Of a stretch of DNA of 64,000 nt, positions 61,645 through 64,000 are shown piece after piece. The position numbers and the translations under genes were made by a program. The DNA is taken from contig JBJBCN010000002.1 of NCBI GenBank assembly GCA_047285805.1, positions 640,001-704,000 on the forward strand, given 5' to 3'. How positions within the stretch are numbered: the stretch's first letter is position 1; each line of letters starts with the position of its first letter. Origin of the DNA: Synechococcus sp. (GTDB lineage: Bacteria > Cyanobacteriota > Cyanobacteriia > PCC-6307 > Cyanobiaceae). The notes beneath the pieces are model-generated. The model searched no databases and was not told the origin of the DNA. It saw only the letters and a program-made list of their open reading frames with translations.

Positions 61645-63549
61645 GTGGCGCTTCAGGTGGAACAGGGTCAAATCCAGATCCATACCGAGAACATCTTTCC
61701 AATCATCAAGAAGGCCGTTTACAGCGGACATGAGGTTTTCCTGCGGGAACTGGTGAGCAATGGCATGGACGCCATTAGCAAGCGCCGCATGGCCTCGATG
61801 GCTGGCGACTGCAGCGAAGGACCCGAGGGCAAGATCAGCGTTCACATCGACCGTGAAGCCAAGACCCTCACCATTTCCGACAACGGCATCGGCATGACCG
61901 CCGATGAGGTGAAGCGCTACATCAACCAAGTTGCCTTCTCAAGCGCGGAGGACTTCCTCGAGAAGTACAAGCAGGAGTCCGACGCGATCATTGGCCACTT
62001 CGGCCTCGGCTTCTACTCGAGCTTCATGGTCGCCAAACAAGTGGAGCTGGTGACGCGCTCCGCCCGTGGGGAGGCTGAAGCCGTCCGGTGGAGCTGCGAT
62101 GGTTCACCCAACTTCAGCCTCGAGGCCGCCGAACGCTCCGAGCCTGGTACAGACGTGATCCTCCACCTGATGGAGGAGGAAGAGGAATACATCGAGCCGG
62201 CACGCATCCGGACGCTGATCACAACCTATTGCGACTTCATGCCGGTGGAGGTCCATCTTGAGGGGGAGACCGTCAACAAGCGTGAAGCCCCCTGGCGCAA
62301 AAGTCCCCGTGAGCTCACCGATGAGGACTACATCGAGCTCTACCGCTACCTCTATCCCTTCCAAGGAGACCCGCTGCTCTGGGTTCACCTCAACACCGAC
62401 TATCCCTACAACCTGCAGGGAATCCTCTATTTCCCGAAATCAACCGGCCGGGCCGACTGGGAAAAGGGCGAAATAAAGCTTTACTGCAACCAGGTGTTCG
62501 TGAGCGACTCCATTAAGGAAGTTGTTCCCAGCTATCTCCTGCCGCTGCGGGGCGTGATCGATTCCCCGGACATCCCACTGAACGTCAGCCGCTCCGCCCT
62601 GCAGACCGACCGACGCGTTCGCTCCATCGGCAACTTTGTCGCCAAGAAGGTCGGTGACCGGTTGAAGGAATTGCATCGTGACGATCCAAAGCGCTACGCC
62701 GAAATTTGGGAATCTCTGGCTCCGTTCATCAAGATCGGCGCCATGGAAGACGAGAAGTTCGCCGACCAGGTGGCCAAACTCGTCCTCTTCGGCACCACAG
62801 CCGCTGCAGCCGAGGGCGACAACGCAGATCCGATTTCCGCTGAAGCGGGTAAGGCCTTCACGACCCTGGGGGGCTATCGCTCACGCCTAAGCAGCGACAA
62901 CGACAAGCGCATCCTCTACTGCACTGACGAGGCCGGTCAGGCGGGAGCGCTGGCCCTCTGGAAGAGCCAAGGGGCAGAGGTGCTATTGGCGGACACCTTC
63001 ATCGACACCCAATTCATCCCATGGTTGGAGTACCGCCATGAGGAGCTGAAATTTCAGCGCGTGGATAGCGAGCTGGACGATTCGCTGCAGGAGAAGGAGA
63101 GCGAACTCAGCGACGCCGATGGTAAAGACAGCTCAGAGAAGCTCCGGGATCTGTTCAAGGCTGCCCTCGCCAACGACAAGGTGACCATCCAGGTTCAATC
63201 CCTCAAGGGCGAGAACGCTCCTGCCACACTCATTCTTCTGCCCGAACAAATGCGCAGGATGAACGACATGGGGGCGCTGATGGAACAGCGACTGCCAGGT
63301 CTGCCCGACCATCACGTGCTGTTGGTGAACCGCAAGCACCGCCTGGTCGAGGGATTGATCAAGCTCTCCGCAGGATCCGTCCTGACGGGGACCGGCAGCA
63401 GTCCCAGCCAGGAACTGGCGCACAACTTGGGCTGTCACCTCTATGAGATGGCCCGCTTGGCCGTCGGAGGCCTGGAGCCCAACGAACTGGCCGGTTTCCA
63501 GCAGCGCAGCTGTGACCTGATGGGTCAACTGATGGAGCGCGGTCTCTAA
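61645..63549 (+). CDS. htpG: Hsp90 chaperone HtpG
   Basis: VFLRELVSN, DNGIGMT, IGHFGLGFYS, PLNVSRS. Confidence 0.97.
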   Translation: MALQVEQGQIQIHTENIFPIIKKAVYSGHEVFLRELVSNGMDAISKRRMASMAGDCSEGPEGKISVHIDREAKTLTISDNGIGMTADEVKRYINQVAFSSAEDFLEKYKQESDAIIGHFGLGFYSSFMVAKQVELVTRSARGEAEAVRWSCDGSPNFSLEAAERSEPGTDVILHLMEEEEEYIEPARIRTLITTYCDFMPVEVHLEGETVNKREAPWRKSPRELTDEDYIELYRYLYPFQGDPLLWVHLNTDYPYNLQGILYFPKSTGRADWEKGEIKLYCNQVFVSDSIKEVVPSYLLPLRGVIDSPDIPLNVSRSALQTDRRVRSIGNFVAKKVGDRLKELHRDDPKRYAEIWESLAPFIKIGAMEDEKFADQVAKLVLFGTTAAAAEGDNADPISAEAGKAFTTLGGYRSRLSSDNDKRILYCTDEAGQAGALALWKSQGAEVLLADTFIDTQFIPWLEYRHEELKFQRVDSELDDSLQEKESELSDADGKDSSEKLRDLFKAALANDKVTIQVQSLKGENAPATLILLPEQMRRMNDMGALMEQRLPGLPDHHVLLVNRKHRLVEGLIKLSAGSVLTGTGSSPSQELAHNLGCHLYEMARLAVGGLEPNELAGFQQRSCDLMGQLMERGL

Positions 63550-63574
63550 AGCAGCAGTTCCGGAGCTCTCGCGT

Positions 63575-63603
63575 TTGACATCCCCAGAGCTCTGGGAGAT
63601 GGT
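63575..63603 (+). promoter_or_regulatory. Putative ggpS promoter with palindromic site in the spacer
   Basis: TTGACA 63575-63580; CCCAGAGCTCTGGG 63583-63596; weak -10 GATGGT at 17-nt spacing. Confidence 0.5.
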
Positions 63604-63711
63604 GGAGATTGCCTGTCTGGGCTGGCTAACCCCGAGCAGCCCAGGGCCGATCTTGCTGGACTCCACTGGTTTTGCACGGCCCTAGGGACAGGTGTTCCCT
63701 GCCGATCTCGT

Positions 63712-64000
63712 GTGCCCAGCTCGTTTGTCCTCGTCTACCACCGCTCTCCCTTTGATGAGGTCATCAACACGGACGGCAGTCGGCAGTGGCAGGACCAGAA
63801 GAGCCCGAACGGCATCATTCCCACCCTGCGCAACCTCTTTCGCTCCCATCCATCCGGCACCTGGATTGCCTGGCGGCAAAACGAGGATCCCGCGGCCGAA
63901 GACGAAACCCTGACCATCGAGGAGCCAATTGCAATCCGCTTGCGGCGGATTCCGCTGCGCCAGGAGCAGATCGGCAGCTTCTATCACGTCACATCGAAAG
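63712..64000 (+). CDS. ggpS: Glucosylglycerol-phosphate synthase, 5' part
   Basis: Not in the ORF track. GTG 63712 gives MPSSFVLVYHRSPFDE...QKSPNGIIPTLRNLFR...WIAW...SFYHVTSK. Confidence 0.88.
   Translation, partial: MPSSFVLVYHRSPFDEVINTDGSRQWQDQKSPNGIIPTLRNLFRSHPSGTWIAWRQNEDPAAEDETLTIEEPIAIRLRRIPLRQEQIGSFYHVTSK

Noticed and set aside
1..64000. CRISPR array, IS transposase, prophage, HIP1 (GCGATCGC) enrichment
   Set aside because: No spaced direct repeats or mobility genes seen; only a handful of HIP1 octamers noticed, near chance for this GC content

Overview
High-GC picocyanobacterial (Synechococcus/Cyanobium-type) chromosomal backbone, almost fully tiled by housekeeping genes: rnb-rpsR-rpmG, pheT, rlmD, apcD, metH-ilvE, cobN, a flavin reductase-uvrC-photolyase-hemJ run, coaD, dacB, dapF, leuS, pgi, purN, argC, ribBA, mtnP, murQ, dnaK-dnaJ, pstCAB, tRNA-Ser(GGA), hisZ, htpG and the start of ggpS. 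I found no CRISPR array, transposase, integrase or prophage. What stands out: (1) about 600 nt at 6691-7290, between the apcD terminator and the next stop codon, with no convincing ORF, ~53% GC, many hairpins and TTAT on both sides (candidate large structured RNA or non-autonomous insert, unproven); (2) broken genes the ORF track hides: gpsA (several lesions, tail read through into phzF), hfq (1-nt frameshift), a sigma-region-4-like gene, a secreted-protein gene and a DUF3598-like gene; (3) a ggpS upstream region with a perfect -35 box, a 14-bp palindrome and alternative stems; (4) a Cys4 domain fused to DapF; (5) an unlisted 40-aa membrane microprotein; (6) several genes whose conserved N-termini seem to need CTG starts. 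All family calls come from reading motifs by eye; no database search was run.
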